A stretch of 64,000 bases of DNA from Caecitellus pseudoparvulus (GCA_965644315.1 CBFFRQ010000212.1:72090-136089); one strand, 5' to 3'; counted from the first letter of the stretch, positions 19,450 to 29,789 are shown. Notes: generated by a model not told the origin, from the sequence alone. Numbers and translations are program-made.

Positions 19450-20232
19450 ATGCCTAGTTTTGAATTACTTGATTATAAAAACTCTAAATTAAAAAAAGAT
19501 TATACACCGGTCGCCATTGTTAAAGGTGATGAAAACCACAAAGACTTTAATAAATTCTTATGTTTAACCGATAAAAACACGGGTCATAAAAGCATAAAAC
19601 TACCTGACGATTTAATTTTTAATATTCTCCCATCAACAAAAAGGGGAAAACGTGATATTTTTTATATTGCTGGTGCTTCTGGTTCTGGTAAATCATATCA
19701 AGCAAAAATTATTTGTAATAATTACCATAGATTAAATCCGGATTTGCCTATATTTTTAATATCTAAACTAGAAGAAGACGAAACATTGGACGAATTGGAT
19801 TATATCCACCGTGTAGATATTGAAGATTTTATAGAAGAATTTAATATCAATAATGAAGATTTAGCGGGATTCTATATTTTTGATGATTTTGAAACATTAG
19901 AAAAACCTATTTTAGATAAAGTCATTAAAATTATTGATGATATATGTATTATGGGGCGTCATAAAAATATAACTCTTGGTTATATCAGCCATAACCTGAC
20001 AAACTACAAAAAAACGAGATTAATTCTCTCAGAAAGTAGCCATATTGTGGTATTTCCTCAAAGTTCCGCACCACATCCATTAGGCTATTTATTAAAGAAT
20101 TATGGAGGAGCAGATAAAAGCGAAATAAAAAAACTTAGAAAGCTTGGGCGTTGGTGTGCGGTCTTTACAAACTATCCGAATTATATATTATCTTCAAATT
20201 ATGCTTATCTTTTACATCAGGACGAAGATTAA
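19450..20232 (+). CDS. FtsK-HerA family genome packaging ATPase
   Basis: GASGSGKS, IFDDFE, MGRH, ISH; first gene of morphogenesis block. Confidence 0.9.
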   Translation: MPSFELLDYKNSKLKKDYTPVAIVKGDENHKDFNKFLCLTDKNTGHKSIKLPDDLIFNILPSTKRGKRDIFYIAGASGSGKSYQAKIICNNYHRLNPDLPIFLISKLEEDETLDELDYIHRVDIEDFIEEFNINNEDLAGFYIFDDFETLEKPILDKVIKIIDDICIMGRHKNITLGYISHNLTNYKKTRLILSESSHIVVFPQSSAPHPLGYLLKNYGGADKSEIKKLRKLGRWCAVFTNYPNYILSSNYAYLLHQDED

Positions 20233-20271
20233 AAAATAATATATGATATTATTATTATATAATATATTATA

Positions 20272-20853
20272 ATGAAAAAATCTAAAAATGACCCAGAACA
20301 TAACGAAGAATTAAGAGAACATCTTAAACGTTATTATTTATCAAATAGTGATTTAGAATATTTATTTAATGATGATACAAATATTATAAGTTATGATAAA
20401 TTATATAATTATAGACATATTGACGAGATTTTCGATAAAAAAGGGCGTTGTATTTTATTATATCTAACGTCTGACCCTAATGTCGGGCATTGGGTAGGAT
20501 TAATTAAAAAAGGAAATGTAATAGAGCATTTTGACCCTTACGGACACGCACCAGATACAGCAACTGAAAATTTAAACGCAGACGAAGAAGTAGAAAAACA
20601 AACAGGACAAGACGAACCCAGATTATTAAGAATGATAGACCAGGCGGGATACGGTCTAGAATATAATACATACCCATTTCAAAAAAAAGGAGAAGGCATA
20701 GGGACTTGTGGCAGACATACAGCTGCAAGATTACTTTTATATAAATTATCTTTAGAAGATTATAAAAAATTAATGAAATCATTAAAAGATAAGAATTTAA
20801 AAGACTTTGACGACGTAGTCACCAAATTTACTCACGATTTATTAAAAAAATAA
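20272..20853 (+). CDS. Adenain-like cysteine maturation protease
   Basis: GHWVGL, HFDPYG, Q..TCGRH catalytic His/Asp/Gln/Cys. Confidence 0.9.
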   Translation: MKKSKNDPEHNEELREHLKRYYLSNSDLEYLFNDDTNIISYDKLYNYRHIDEIFDKKGRCILLYLTSDPNVGHWVGLIKKGNVIEHFDPYGHAPDTATENLNADEEVEKQTGQDEPRLLRMIDQAGYGLEYNTYPFQKKGEGIGTCGRHTAARLLLYKLSLEDYKKLMKSLKDKNLKDFDDVVTKFTHDLLKK

Positions 20854-20888
20854 CTTTATTAAAATATTTTATCTAATATATATTAATA

Positions 20889-22025
20889 ATGTTAAATTCT
20901 ACAATGTATCAAGAAGATAAAAATATTTATTATAATATTGATATTATCAACGGAAGAAGCACGAGCCAAGGTAAGATTAACGACCCTATAGCCAGTTTTA
21001 GTGAAACAAGAGACGTGCCTTTAATTAATGATGCTAGTAAATATAAAATGTCTATTATTCGTTTTACTATGAACGGTATTAATGATTTACCTTTATTTAT
21101 TCCAGTAATTGAAGAAGGACAAACAAACCCTAATAAAACCGTTTATAAAATCACAGTTAAATATAATCATATAGGCGGGAACGAATACGAATACACACAG
21201 CCCGTAATATGGGAAAGCAACGATTCAAGCTTATCAGCACCTTCAAATTTTGAAACACAAGGACAAGACGCATCTCAAGAATATTACTACTGCCACACAT
21301 ACGACCATTTTATAAAATTAGTAAATACAGCTATCACATATTCTATAACTCAACTAAACGCATTAATAAAAGTTGATTATCCAGCATTTACAGATTTAAT
21401 AAGCCCTTTTATAGTATATAATAACGCAAATAAAAAATTTGATATTTACTACCCCGCAGATAATGACGGCGGTTTCTCGTTCTTTTTTAATTCAAATTTA
21501 TATAATTTATTATCACATTATCCCCACGAATACAACGATTTAGACGAAACTAAACAATATAGAATTATCCCCCGTAATTATCAGGGTTTAAACTCTATCA
21601 CATTAAACAGCGTAGATTATATTAAAATAGAACAAGAAGCCATAAGCCTTGGCACATATTGGAGCCCTATATCTTCTATTGTTTTTACGTCTTCTTTACT
21701 TCCTATTATTTCTGAGGGTGTTTCTCAGCCTGTGAAATTTGGTAATTCTAACAATGCTAATGCCGTTTCTTCAGTTTCTAGTTTTGAACCTATTATTACT
21801 GATATTAGCTTAACTCTAGACGATGCCTATAACTATAAGGACTTTTTATCATATATCCCGGGTGCTGAGTATCGCTTCGTATCTCTTACAAATTCTAAAC
21901 AACCTATAAGAAATATTAACATTAATATTTATTGGAAATATAGATTAACGGGGCAATTAGTGCCTTTAAAATTATCTAATTTATCAAATGTATCTATGAA
22001 ATTTTTATTTCAGCCTAAATATTAA
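20889..22025 (+). CDS. Virophage minor capsid (penton) protein
   Basis: IYYNIDIIN, SIIRF, LPLFIP, WSPISSIVFTS.LLPI, IITD, YIP.AEYR, IYWK; between protease and MCP. Confidence 0.9.
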   Translation: MLNSTMYQEDKNIYYNIDIINGRSTSQGKINDPIASFSETRDVPLINDASKYKMSIIRFTMNGINDLPLFIPVIEEGQTNPNKTVYKITVKYNHIGGNEYEYTQPVIWESNDSSLSAPSNFETQGQDASQEYYYCHTYDHFIKLVNTAITYSITQLNALIKVDYPAFTDLISPFIVYNNANKKFDIYYPADNDGGFSFFFNSNLYNLLSHYPHEYNDLDETKQYRIIPRNYQGLNSITLNSVDYIKIEQEAISLGTYWSPISSIVFTSSLLPIISEGVSQPVKFGNSNNANAVSSVSSFEPIITDISLTLDDAYNYKDFLSYIPGAEYRFVSLTNSKQPIRNININIYWKYRLTGQLVPLKLSNLSNVSMKFLFQPKY

Positions 22026-22116
22026 AAATATCTAGTTTAATTTTTTTTAAGAATGCGTGATTTTTTAAAAAAAATATAAGGGTTTATTTTTAAAAATATT
22101 TTCTAAATTATATTAT

Positions 22117-23949
22117 ATGTCTAGTATTGAAAAAATTAAATTAATTGATAGCCGCATCGTTCAACCTCAAGCTCGCTACAGCGTTGTTGCCGGTGCTGTT
22201 TCTACGTCAAACGTTCAATTTAGCTCCTCAACTGCTAATACTACAGGGGCTTCTTGGAATATTACAACACCTAACCAGCAATCATTTATGGACCGTGTCC
22301 TGCCTGTTTCTACTGATATTTACGGTAAAATTACTGCTGTATTAACTAAAACAAGTGCCGGTCCTGGTGATATCCCCGCCACTTTTGCTCAAAAAGAAAT
22401 TTTAAATTTTGGCGATGATGTCGCCCCCTGTGCTTATCCTTTTCAAAGTTCAATGAGCACAATTGTAGCAAACATTAATAATGCTTCTTCTTCTGTTAAT
22501 GCTTCTGATATAATGAATGAAGTTCAAAGAATTGTAAAAACTAAAGATAGCCACAAAGCAAGAACCACACCCACTATGCTTGATAGATACGTCGATTATA
22601 ATACAACAAGAACCCTTCAAAATTCAGTATTGAAAGGATATAATACAGCCTTCAATAATGATAATTGGAGCAACGGGGCTTTTACTGGCTTTGATTGGAT
22701 GGATGCTAATGGAAATGTTCTAAATTCAGCACCTACCTGGCCTGCTACTGGTGGCGGAAACGCTCAAAGCTGGAGTGTTGATGCTTACTTTAGATTAAGA
22801 GTGACTGAAAATTTAATGGTCCCCCCTTTTATTTTCAATGAATCACAAGAAGACCACGTGGGCTTATATGGTATTAACAATATTAAAATTCAAATGACTG
22901 TTGGTGATGTTTCAAGAATGTTAAGATTTGCTACAACCCGTCTTGCTCTAACAAATTATAATGTTAATTTTACAACTTCTTTATATGGTAATGAACCCTT
23001 TAAAAATGCCGTTGTAAATTGTACTTTTAGAACTCCAAGTTTAAGCATTCCTTTGCCTTCTCGTTCAATCGTGCCTTATATGGAGTATCCCCGCTATATT
23101 ACAACTACTGGGGCTAATATTGCTAATGGTTCAAGTGCTTCTTTAACAAGTCAGACAATTACACTCAGTCAAATTCCTGATTTACTCTTAATTTATGCTA
23201 AGCCTAATTTATCAGGTGTCAATAATAAAGGCGATCATTATTTACCAATTAAAAAGATTTCAATGAATTTTATGAATGTAGCCGGTATTTTATCAAGTCA
23301 TACTAAAGAGCAATTATTCCACATTTCACAAAATAACGGCTTAGATATGAACTGGAACGAATACTGCGGCGAAGCCTGGACCGACCAAATTGCAACCGCA
23401 GCTACTGGCGGTATTCCTGCTTCTAATGGTAAAGTTTCATTATGTGGCGGTTATCTAGTGTTGAGACCTGGGGTCGACTTTGCTCTACCTGCTGGCGTTG
23501 CTCCTGGTTGTGGTGGTAATTACAATCTTCAATATTCAGTTGAAGTAGAAAATAAAAGCGGTTCTGCCGTTCAATCTCCCACATTATACACAATGGCTGT
23601 AAATAGTGGCTTTTTCGTGAGTGAAAACGGTCAATCAGCAATTACAACAGCACCCCTTAACGAACAAGACGTTATCCAAGCACCCGTTGAAGGAGACACG
23701 ATGTCATTAAAACGATATGTTGGGGGTAGTTTTTGGGATAAAGTAAATTCAGGCTTAAAAAAAATTAAAAATCACGACGCATATAAAGCAGCATCAAAAC
23801 TTGGTAAAAGTGCTTTACGTGATGTAGGTATGGAAGGAAAAGTAGCAGCCGACGTATTAGATAAATTAGGACTTGGGGTAAATACAGGAGGTGGAAAAAC
23901 TACAGGTGGAAGACGTAAAAAGAATAACCTTCAAAATTTATTAAGTTAA
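22117..23949 (+). CDS. Virophage major capsid protein
   Basis: 610 aa; DSRI N-terminus, YPF, ENL..PPF, GLYGINN, LSQIPD, GILSS....QL...S..NG, G.GGNYNLQ, NSGFF. Confidence 0.92.
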   Translation: MSSIEKIKLIDSRIVQPQARYSVVAGAVSTSNVQFSSSTANTTGASWNITTPNQQSFMDRVLPVSTDIYGKITAVLTKTSAGPGDIPATFAQKEILNFGDDVAPCAYPFQSSMSTIVANINNASSSVNASDIMNEVQRIVKTKDSHKARTTPTMLDRYVDYNTTRTLQNSVLKGYNTAFNNDNWSNGAFTGFDWMDANGNVLNSAPTWPATGGGNAQSWSVDAYFRLRVTENLMVPPFIFNESQEDHVGLYGINNIKIQMTVGDVSRMLRFATTRLALTNYNVNFTTSLYGNEPFKNAVVNCTFRTPSLSIPLPSRSIVPYMEYPRYITTTGANIANGSSASLTSQTITLSQIPDLLLIYAKPNLSGVNNKGDHYLPIKKISMNFMNVAGILSSHTKEQLFHISQNNGLDMNWNEYCGEAWTDQIATAATGGIPASNGKVSLCGGYLVLRPGVDFALPAGVAPGCGGNYNLQYSVEVENKSGSAVQSPTLYTMAVNSGFFVSENGQSAITTAPLNEQDVIQAPVEGDTMSLKRYVGGSFWDKVNSGLKKIKNHDAYKAASKLGKSALRDVGMEGKVAADVLDKLGLGVNTGGGKTTGGRRKKNNLQNLLS

Positions 23950-24014
23950 ATAATTTAATTTATTGTTTAAGAAATATTAAATAATAAAAAAAATAATATA
24001 TATTATATTAATAT

Positions 24015-25916
24015 ATGTATAATAATGCAAAATATCAATATGAAATGAATAAATTAGAAGTGTATAGTGAACCAGAAACAGTTGAAAACGTGGCAAGATT
24101 AAAAGAAGCTATTAATTTTTTTTCAACTGCGGGGACTGCTTACGGAACTCAAGATACTATCAACGCAAATACTGCTTATAAAGCTATGTTCTTTTCTCAA
24201 CCTCTAAAAGATGTTTTAAAAGTTCCAGATGATAAGGGCACATATTCACGATTAAGCTTAAATTATTATTGCGAAATTGAAACAACACTAAACGAACAAT
24301 TAAATTTAAATGTCAGGTTAGATTATTACGATAAAGACGAAAATTATATTTCATCTAGTAATGAAGCCGATATTTTAAACACCGACCATTTAATAGATAT
24401 TCAAATAGTAGGGGACGCCTTACAATTTCCAGCGAATACAAAATATATTTATTTGGCAGCTAAAAATAACGCAAACTTTAACACCACATTTAAATTTAAA
24501 CACGCAACGGCTAAAACTTCAACAGCTCAAGAAGTATTATTAGCAGACCCGCCCACTAATTCAAATCGTTTATTTGTAATACTCGGCAATAGTAATCAAG
24601 GCACTCCTGCTCCAATTCCTCCATCTAATCCATCATATGAAACCGTCACCCTTGATAAAGCCTCTAACCCTTCTTTAATCTTTGATAATGGTTCATCAAC
24701 AATGGATTTAACATATAATAGCGATGATGAATTAAATATTAACGGAAATTTAGGATTTGGAGGGACTGAAGTTTTACTAAATCAAGACGATAATAATAAA
24801 ATTTTAACTTTATCAGCTAAAAACGCCTCAACCGCTCAATTTAGAATTGGAAATGACCCAAATAAACAATTAACTTATTTTTATGAAACAGGGGCAATTT
24901 ATCTGAGTCCTAGTTGTCGTATTTTTCAAACTGACACAGCTTTTAATGATGATTGTTTAACCAATAAAAAATATGTTGATGATGAAATAACTAATAAATG
25001 CGTCCAACTTACAGGAAATCAAAGCATAGCAGGAAATAAGACATTTTCAGGAATTACAAGCATAGAAGCTTTGCTAGATATGAATAATAATAAAATTGAA
25101 AATGTAGCAACACCAACTATAGGAACTGATGGAGCTAATAAAGCTTATGTTGATAGTGTTGCAGGTGGTAGCAACTTCACAAATAATATAAATTTGAACG
25201 GTAATGATATTGAAGACGTTGGAGAAATTCAAGCCGATAAATTAACGCTTATTCGTCCTGATGGTTCGTTAGAATCATATTGGATAGAACAATTAAGCAA
25301 CGAAACACGATATGTTAATATGTCAGGTGGTAGCTCTTCAGAACACGCCTTTTTCTGTAATAATTTAGGTGGAGCGGTTCAGCGTTTCTCAGTTTCTAAT
25401 ACAGAAATTAAAACAAGCGTTAAATTAGATATGGGTAATAGGAATATTGAATGGTTAAAGGATGGAACAACACAATATCACGCCATAAATTACGGGCAAT
25501 TATTAGCAAGAACAGCAAATTTTCAAAGTTATAAAATAGCTCTTAATGATGTTTTCACCGCTAACACCTGGAAAACATTTGTTATGGATACTGTTATCCC
25601 TGTTGAATCATACCAAACAGGAACTTATATTTTATCTGCTACTATAAATTTAGTAATAGACGGACCAGGACAAACAACAGCCGTTGTATTTGGTAGATTA
25701 ACTACCCCTGCTTCTGCTTCTGGTGTTGATACAACTATAGGGCGTATATTTATGGAGGCTGAGGCATCTAAAAATTACGGACAAATTACATTAAGCAAGG
25801 TTATGTCTGTATCTTCAGCAGGTAATTTTCCCACTTGGAATGTATCAGTCAAAAGTGATATAAACGAAAATATAGACGTTGAAATAACATATAAAATGGA
25901 TAGAATATCAAATTAA
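24015..25916 (+). CDS. Fibre/spike-like protein
   Basis: TNKKYVD, NQSIAGNKTFS, LDMNNNKIENVATP..DGANKAYVD; modules shared with 1966..4410. Confidence 0.7.
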   Translation: MYNNAKYQYEMNKLEVYSEPETVENVARLKEAINFFSTAGTAYGTQDTINANTAYKAMFFSQPLKDVLKVPDDKGTYSRLSLNYYCEIETTLNEQLNLNVRLDYYDKDENYISSSNEADILNTDHLIDIQIVGDALQFPANTKYIYLAAKNNANFNTTFKFKHATAKTSTAQEVLLADPPTNSNRLFVILGNSNQGTPAPIPPSNPSYETVTLDKASNPSLIFDNGSSTMDLTYNSDDELNINGNLGFGGTEVLLNQDDNNKILTLSAKNASTAQFRIGNDPNKQLTYFYETGAIYLSPSCRIFQTDTAFNDDCLTNKKYVDDEITNKCVQLTGNQSIAGNKTFSGITSIEALLDMNNNKIENVATPTIGTDGANKAYVDSVAGGSNFTNNINLNGNDIEDVGEIQADKLTLIRPDGSLESYWIEQLSNETRYVNMSGGSSSEHAFFCNNLGGAVQRFSVSNTEIKTSVKLDMGNRNIEWLKDGTTQYHAINYGQLLARTANFQSYKIALNDVFTANTWKTFVMDTVIPVESYQTGTYILSATINLVIDGPGQTTAVVFGRLTTPASASGVDTTIGRIFMEAEASKNYGQITLSKVMSVSSAGNFPTWNVSVKSDINENIDVEITYKMDRISN

Positions 25917-25934
25917 ATTATATATATTTTTATA

Positions 25935-26207
25935 ATGATTATTGATATTAAGAAAAGTAATAGAAAAAATAAACGTTTTATGGCTTTATTTGATGATGGA
26001 ACAAAAACACATTTTGGATATGATGGAGGTAAAACATATATAGACCATAAAAATAAAAAAAAGCGTGATAATTACAGAAAAAGACACGAAAAGGATTTAT
26101 TAACATATGACCCTAAAAGAGCCGGTTATTTATCCTATTTTTTATTATGGGGTAATGATGATAATTTAAAAGATGCCGTTGAAACATATAATAAAATGTT
26201 TTTTTAA
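25935..26207 (+). CDS. Small basic protein, DUF5754-like
   Basis: KKS.RK.KRF...THFG....YIDH...R.NY.KRH...AGYLS..LLWG pattern seen in large DNA viruses (recalled, not searched). Confidence 0.55.
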   Translation: MIIDIKKSNRKNKRFMALFDDGTKTHFGYDGGKTYIDHKNKKKRDNYRKRHEKDLLTYDPKRAGYLSYFLLWGNDDNLKDAVETYNKMFF

Positions 26208-26242
26208 TTTTTTTAAATATTTTTTTTCTCTAGGTTTTTAAT

Positions 26243-27067
26243 ATGGATAGATTCATTTTTAATTATAATGGTAATAAATATCTAGAAACAAAGAAATATT
26301 TAAATGATTTTGTTGAAAATTCTAATTTTGATTATATTGCTGAACCTTGTGCCGGTATTTTTGGATTTAGTAGATATTATTTTTTAAAACATAAAGATAA
26401 TGATAATATTAAATTTTTAATTAATGATATTGACCCACGTATAATTAAATTTTATAATGATTTAAAAAATGATTTTGACGGAACATTAAATTATATTATT
26501 GATTATAAAAATAAATTATATGATGAATTAGAACTAAGCAAAGAAACAGACGATAAAAAATTAACTCAATATTTAAGAAAAAAAGAAAATAAAATAAAAT
26601 ATGAAAATTATTTATTAAAATTAATATCTTCTAAATGTCTTGGTATTTGTGGAATTGATAAATTTGAAACAAAAATAAACAATTTCTTAAAAAAGAAAGA
26701 CGATTATATTAAAATGTTTTCAAAATGTGAATTTTCTAATTTAGAACTTAACGATTTTTTAAAACAAACTAAAAAGAAATATAAAAATAAAAAAATATTA
26801 TATTATTTTGACCCCCCTTATTTTAATTCTTGTAATACTGAATACGCATACACTTTCAAAGGAAAAGATAAAAAAATAAAATATACTGACGGGACAACTA
26901 TCTATTTAGATATATATAAATTTATGAATGATAATAAAAATTGTTTATTTGTTATGAATAAAATTGACGTTTTAAATTACATTTTTAAAAAATTCTATTA
27001 TGAAGAATACGGGGGAATTTATCAAATTAATAAAAATAAAAAAGTTCATATTATATATAAATCATAA
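26243..27067 (+). CDS. DNA adenine methyltransferase, D12/Dam-like
   Basis: YNGNK, EPCAG, INDID, YFDPPY. Confidence 0.85.
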   Translation: MDRFIFNYNGNKYLETKKYLNDFVENSNFDYIAEPCAGIFGFSRYYFLKHKDNDNIKFLINDIDPRIIKFYNDLKNDFDGTLNYIIDYKNKLYDELELSKETDDKKLTQYLRKKENKIKYENYLLKLISSKCLGICGIDKFETKINNFLKKKDDYIKMFSKCEFSNLELNDFLKQTKKKYKNKKILYYFDPPYFNSCNTEYAYTFKGKDKKIKYTDGTTIYLDIYKFMNDNKNCLFVMNKIDVLNYIFKKFYYEEYGGIYQINKNKKVHIIYKS

Positions 27068-27126
27068 AGATAAATAAATTATTAAAGACAGGTAAATAAA
27101 AAAATAAAAAATCTCTAGTATAATAT

Positions 27127-27690
27127 ATGAATTTAGAAACAGGATTAATGGTAGGCGGCGCCCTAGTATCTTTAGGCGTTAAAAGCTCTTATAATTGTTG
27201 GAAAAATGGAAGAGCTAAAAAATTTAAAGCAGTAAAATTTGGGGCTGTCGTGATGAGCTCTAAAACTGGCAAATCGAAAATGTGTAGTCAACTTAAAGGA
27301 AATAATAAAGTTCTTTTAGTAGATGTTGGCGAAAGTGTGCCACGTGAAAACTCAGTAAATTCTAACGTAAATTATTTAGTAAAAGCTAAAGAATATGTTA
27401 ATAAACTTAGAAAAGATTTAAAAGACCACTCATTATTATTAGTTGTTTCTTCTATTGATGAGGCTAAATTTCTTGGTGTTGAAGATAAAGCAATCGTATG
27501 CTTAACCCCTTCGAATGATTTATTTAGAAAAATCACGCAAAATATCCCCGCTGATGAATTAAAAAAAGTTGAATCTAACAGATTAGAATTAATCAGCAGC
27601 TGCGGTCAAGATTTATTAAATATCTTTTCTTCTTATGATGAATTATATAATGTTATTAAAGCTACTTTCAAATTATCAAATAAATTTTAG
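27127..27690 (+). CDS. Membrane-anchored degenerate P-loop protein
   Basis: Hydrophobic N-terminus; AVVMSSKTGKS...LLVDV. Confidence 0.5.
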   Translation: MNLETGLMVGGALVSLGVKSSYNCWKNGRAKKFKAVKFGAVVMSSKTGKSKMCSQLKGNNKVLLVDVGESVPRENSVNSNVNYLVKAKEYVNKLRKDLKDHSLLLVVSSIDEAKFLGVEDKAIVCLTPSNDLFRKITQNIPADELKKVESNRLELISSCGQDLLNIFSSYDELYNVIKATFKLSNKF

Positions 27691-27723
27691 ACCTAATAAA
27701 AATATATTCTAAGATGTTATAAT

Positions 27724-27942
27724 ATGGTTAATGTATGGATTCAAGCATTAAAAGAATATAATAAAGGTAATGGTGCCTGGTGTCTCCCAAGAAAAGGAAC
27801 TAAAGAATATGAAAAAGTAAGGCAAATTATGGACGCTCTCAAAGGTGTTAAAACAAATCAAAAACAAAAAGAAGAGACAAATAATAAAACGCCTAGTAAA
27901 GGAAGAATGGAATATTTAAAAAAGCTAAAAGACAAGGTCTAA
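27724..27942 (+). CDS. Small basic protein (homolog of 5596..5724)
   Basis: NVWIQALKEYN...LPRKGTKEYEKVRQIM; TCTA upstream. Confidence 0.7.
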   Translation: MVNVWIQALKEYNKGNGAWCLPRKGTKEYEKVRQIMDALKGVKTNQKQKEETNNKTPSKGRMEYLKKLKDKV

Positions 27943-27986
27943 TTAATGAACTTGACGATTTTTTAACAAGTGCTAGATACCATTTT

Positions 27987-28190
27987 ATGAGTAAGCAGTC
28001 ATTATATAAAGCACTAAAACAAATATTAAGCATAATTGATATCTACGGAGACGCCGGACCAACTGAAGGAGCACTAAAAACCGAGTATAACAACGCATTT
28101 AATAAAATTAACGAACAAATATCAAAAATTAAAGGTGAGAGAAATAAACAAAAAGGAAAAGAAATTATTAATTCTATTCTACAAGTTTAA
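27987..28190 (+). CDS. Hypothetical protein, possibly the -1 frame continuation of 27724
   Basis: Frame open from 27900, overlapping the upstream ORF. Confidence 0.45.
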   Translation: MSKQSLYKALKQILSIIDIYGDAGPTEGALKTEYNNAFNKINEQISKIKGERNKQKGKEIINSILQV

Positions 28191-28221
28191 ATATATTTTT
28201 ACACTGTCTATAAAAATATAT

Positions 28222-28671
28222 TTATATTTTAATCTTTTCAATTGGTTTTAGTTCTGTTATGGGTATTTCTAAATGAAGTTTATTTATATCTCTGTCAAAT
28301 CTTTGAATAAATCTTTTTTTGAATGTATCAAATAATTTTGATTTATACTTAATGTAATATAAACCATTTGTGAAATTGAATAAAAAATAAAAACGTTTCT
28401 TAGGATGTTGTAATTTAGCAGCTTTTATATGTCTTATCTTTTCTATATTTATTATTGTTGTTGAGTATTTATCATATGTATTATTTCTGCTTTTCAATTC
28501 TATATTATATTTTTCGTCTTGGGTTGTAAAATCAAAAGGAGAATATAAACTTTTAGTTTTGTAAAATGTGTGTTTGGTTGTTTTGTTTATTGTTTCTAAT
28601 ACTTGAACTTCTTTTTCTAAACCCTCTTTTAAACTTTTTTCAATGCTCCTTAAATCACGGTGAGACTTCAT
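28222..28671 (-). CDS. PD-(D/E)xK nuclease-family protein
   Basis: E...YSPFDF...NIELKSR. Confidence 0.7.
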   Translation of the reverse strand: MKSHRDLRSIEKSLKEGLEKEVQVLETINKTTKHTFYKTKSLYSPFDFTTQDEKYNIELKSRNNTYDKYSTTIINIEKIRHIKAAKLQHPKKRFYFLFNFTNGLYYIKYKSKLFDTFKKRFIQRFDRDINKLHLEIPITELKPIEKIKI

Positions 28672-29756
28672 TATAAAGCCCTAGAAAATATATTTAATGA
28701 TTTATTTTTTTCTAGAGTTTTTTTATACTTTTTCACTAAATCAGGAACCTGAGAATTTATGCGCCGGGCTAGTTCATATGTTTGCTTTTTGTATCCCTTC
28801 CATTTTATACGATAATATTTTTTATTCTTTATCTTCTTCTCTCCTGTTATTTTTTCTACTTCATATCGTTTATTATCTTCTATTTCTTCTGGTTTATCTT
28901 GTTCTTTTGGATTATATAAAAGTTGATTTCGTGTGTATCCTGTATTATCTATACCTTCAATCGTATATATTGGCGGTTGTCCTGGTGTAATTAGAACACC
29001 GTCTATTTTTCTTAAATTGTTTTCATATCTAAAATCACCCGTTCTAAATGTTCCGTGTAATCTTTGACCGTCTATATTTTGTGGATAATCTAAAATGATT
29101 TTTACTAAATCGCCACGTTTCAATATGTCTTTTGGTATATGTGGCATTTTGAAAAATTCTTTAATTCCTATTTTTGGTCGTTTTAAAATTATTTCATTAT
29201 ATAATTTCATTATTTCTGGTATAGTTTCTACCCATTCTTTATTTTCTTGTTTATGGATTAGCTCAAAGTTTTTTTGCTTTAGTGCTATGATACGCCCTAA
29301 CGTTTTATTTAATGCTTCAACGACTGCTGTTTGCCTATGTCTTGCAACTCTTGAATTTTTCAACGTTGCATTATCTGAACTCTCAAAATATTTTTTAACA
29401 TATCCTTTAAATTCTTTGCCATCATCTGTTTTAAATATCACGGATGGAGGATTTAAATATTTTCGTTTCCATATTCTCTTTAACGCTTTTAATACGGTTT
29501 TGCTTTCTTTATTTTTTAATGGCTCAGCGTCTGCGGCTTTTGTTGCTACATCAATAATAACTAGTAAATATTTATAGCCTTTATCCTCGGGTAAATATAA
29601 CAAATCACCTTGTTGAATACTATCTTTAATTAATGCTTTATGTTTTGGTATCTCTTCGCCTTTGTCTTTCTTTGGAGGTTTGGTTAATGTTGTTAATTCT
29701 GATTTTTTAGAATCTTTAAAAATTTTCAATTCTTCCAAAATCTTATCTGATATCAT
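28671..29756 (-). CDS. Retroviral-type (rve) integrase with C-terminal chromodomain
   Basis: QGDL, IIDVATK, TDDGKEF, VEALNKTL (DDE); YEVEKI....YYRIKWKGY. Confidence 0.92.
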   Translation of the reverse strand: MISDKILEELKIFKDSKKSELTTLTKPPKKDKGEEIPKHKALIKDSIQQGDLLYLPEDKGYKYLLVIIDVATKAADAEPLKNKESKTVLKALKRIWKRKYLNPPSVIFKTDDGKEFKGYVKKYFESSDNATLKNSRVARHRQTAVVEALNKTLGRIIALKQKNFELIHKQENKEWVETIPEIMKLYNEIILKRPKIGIKEFFKMPHIPKDILKRGDLVKIILDYPQNIDGQRLHGTFRTGDFRYENNLRKIDGVLITPGQPPIYTIEGIDNTGYTRNQLLYNPKEQDKPEEIEDNKRYEVEKITGEKKIKNKKYYRIKWKGYKKQTYELARRINSQVPDLVKKYKKTLEKNKSLNIFSRAL

Positions 29757-29789
29757 TAATAATATATAGATTAATATATTATTAGTAAT

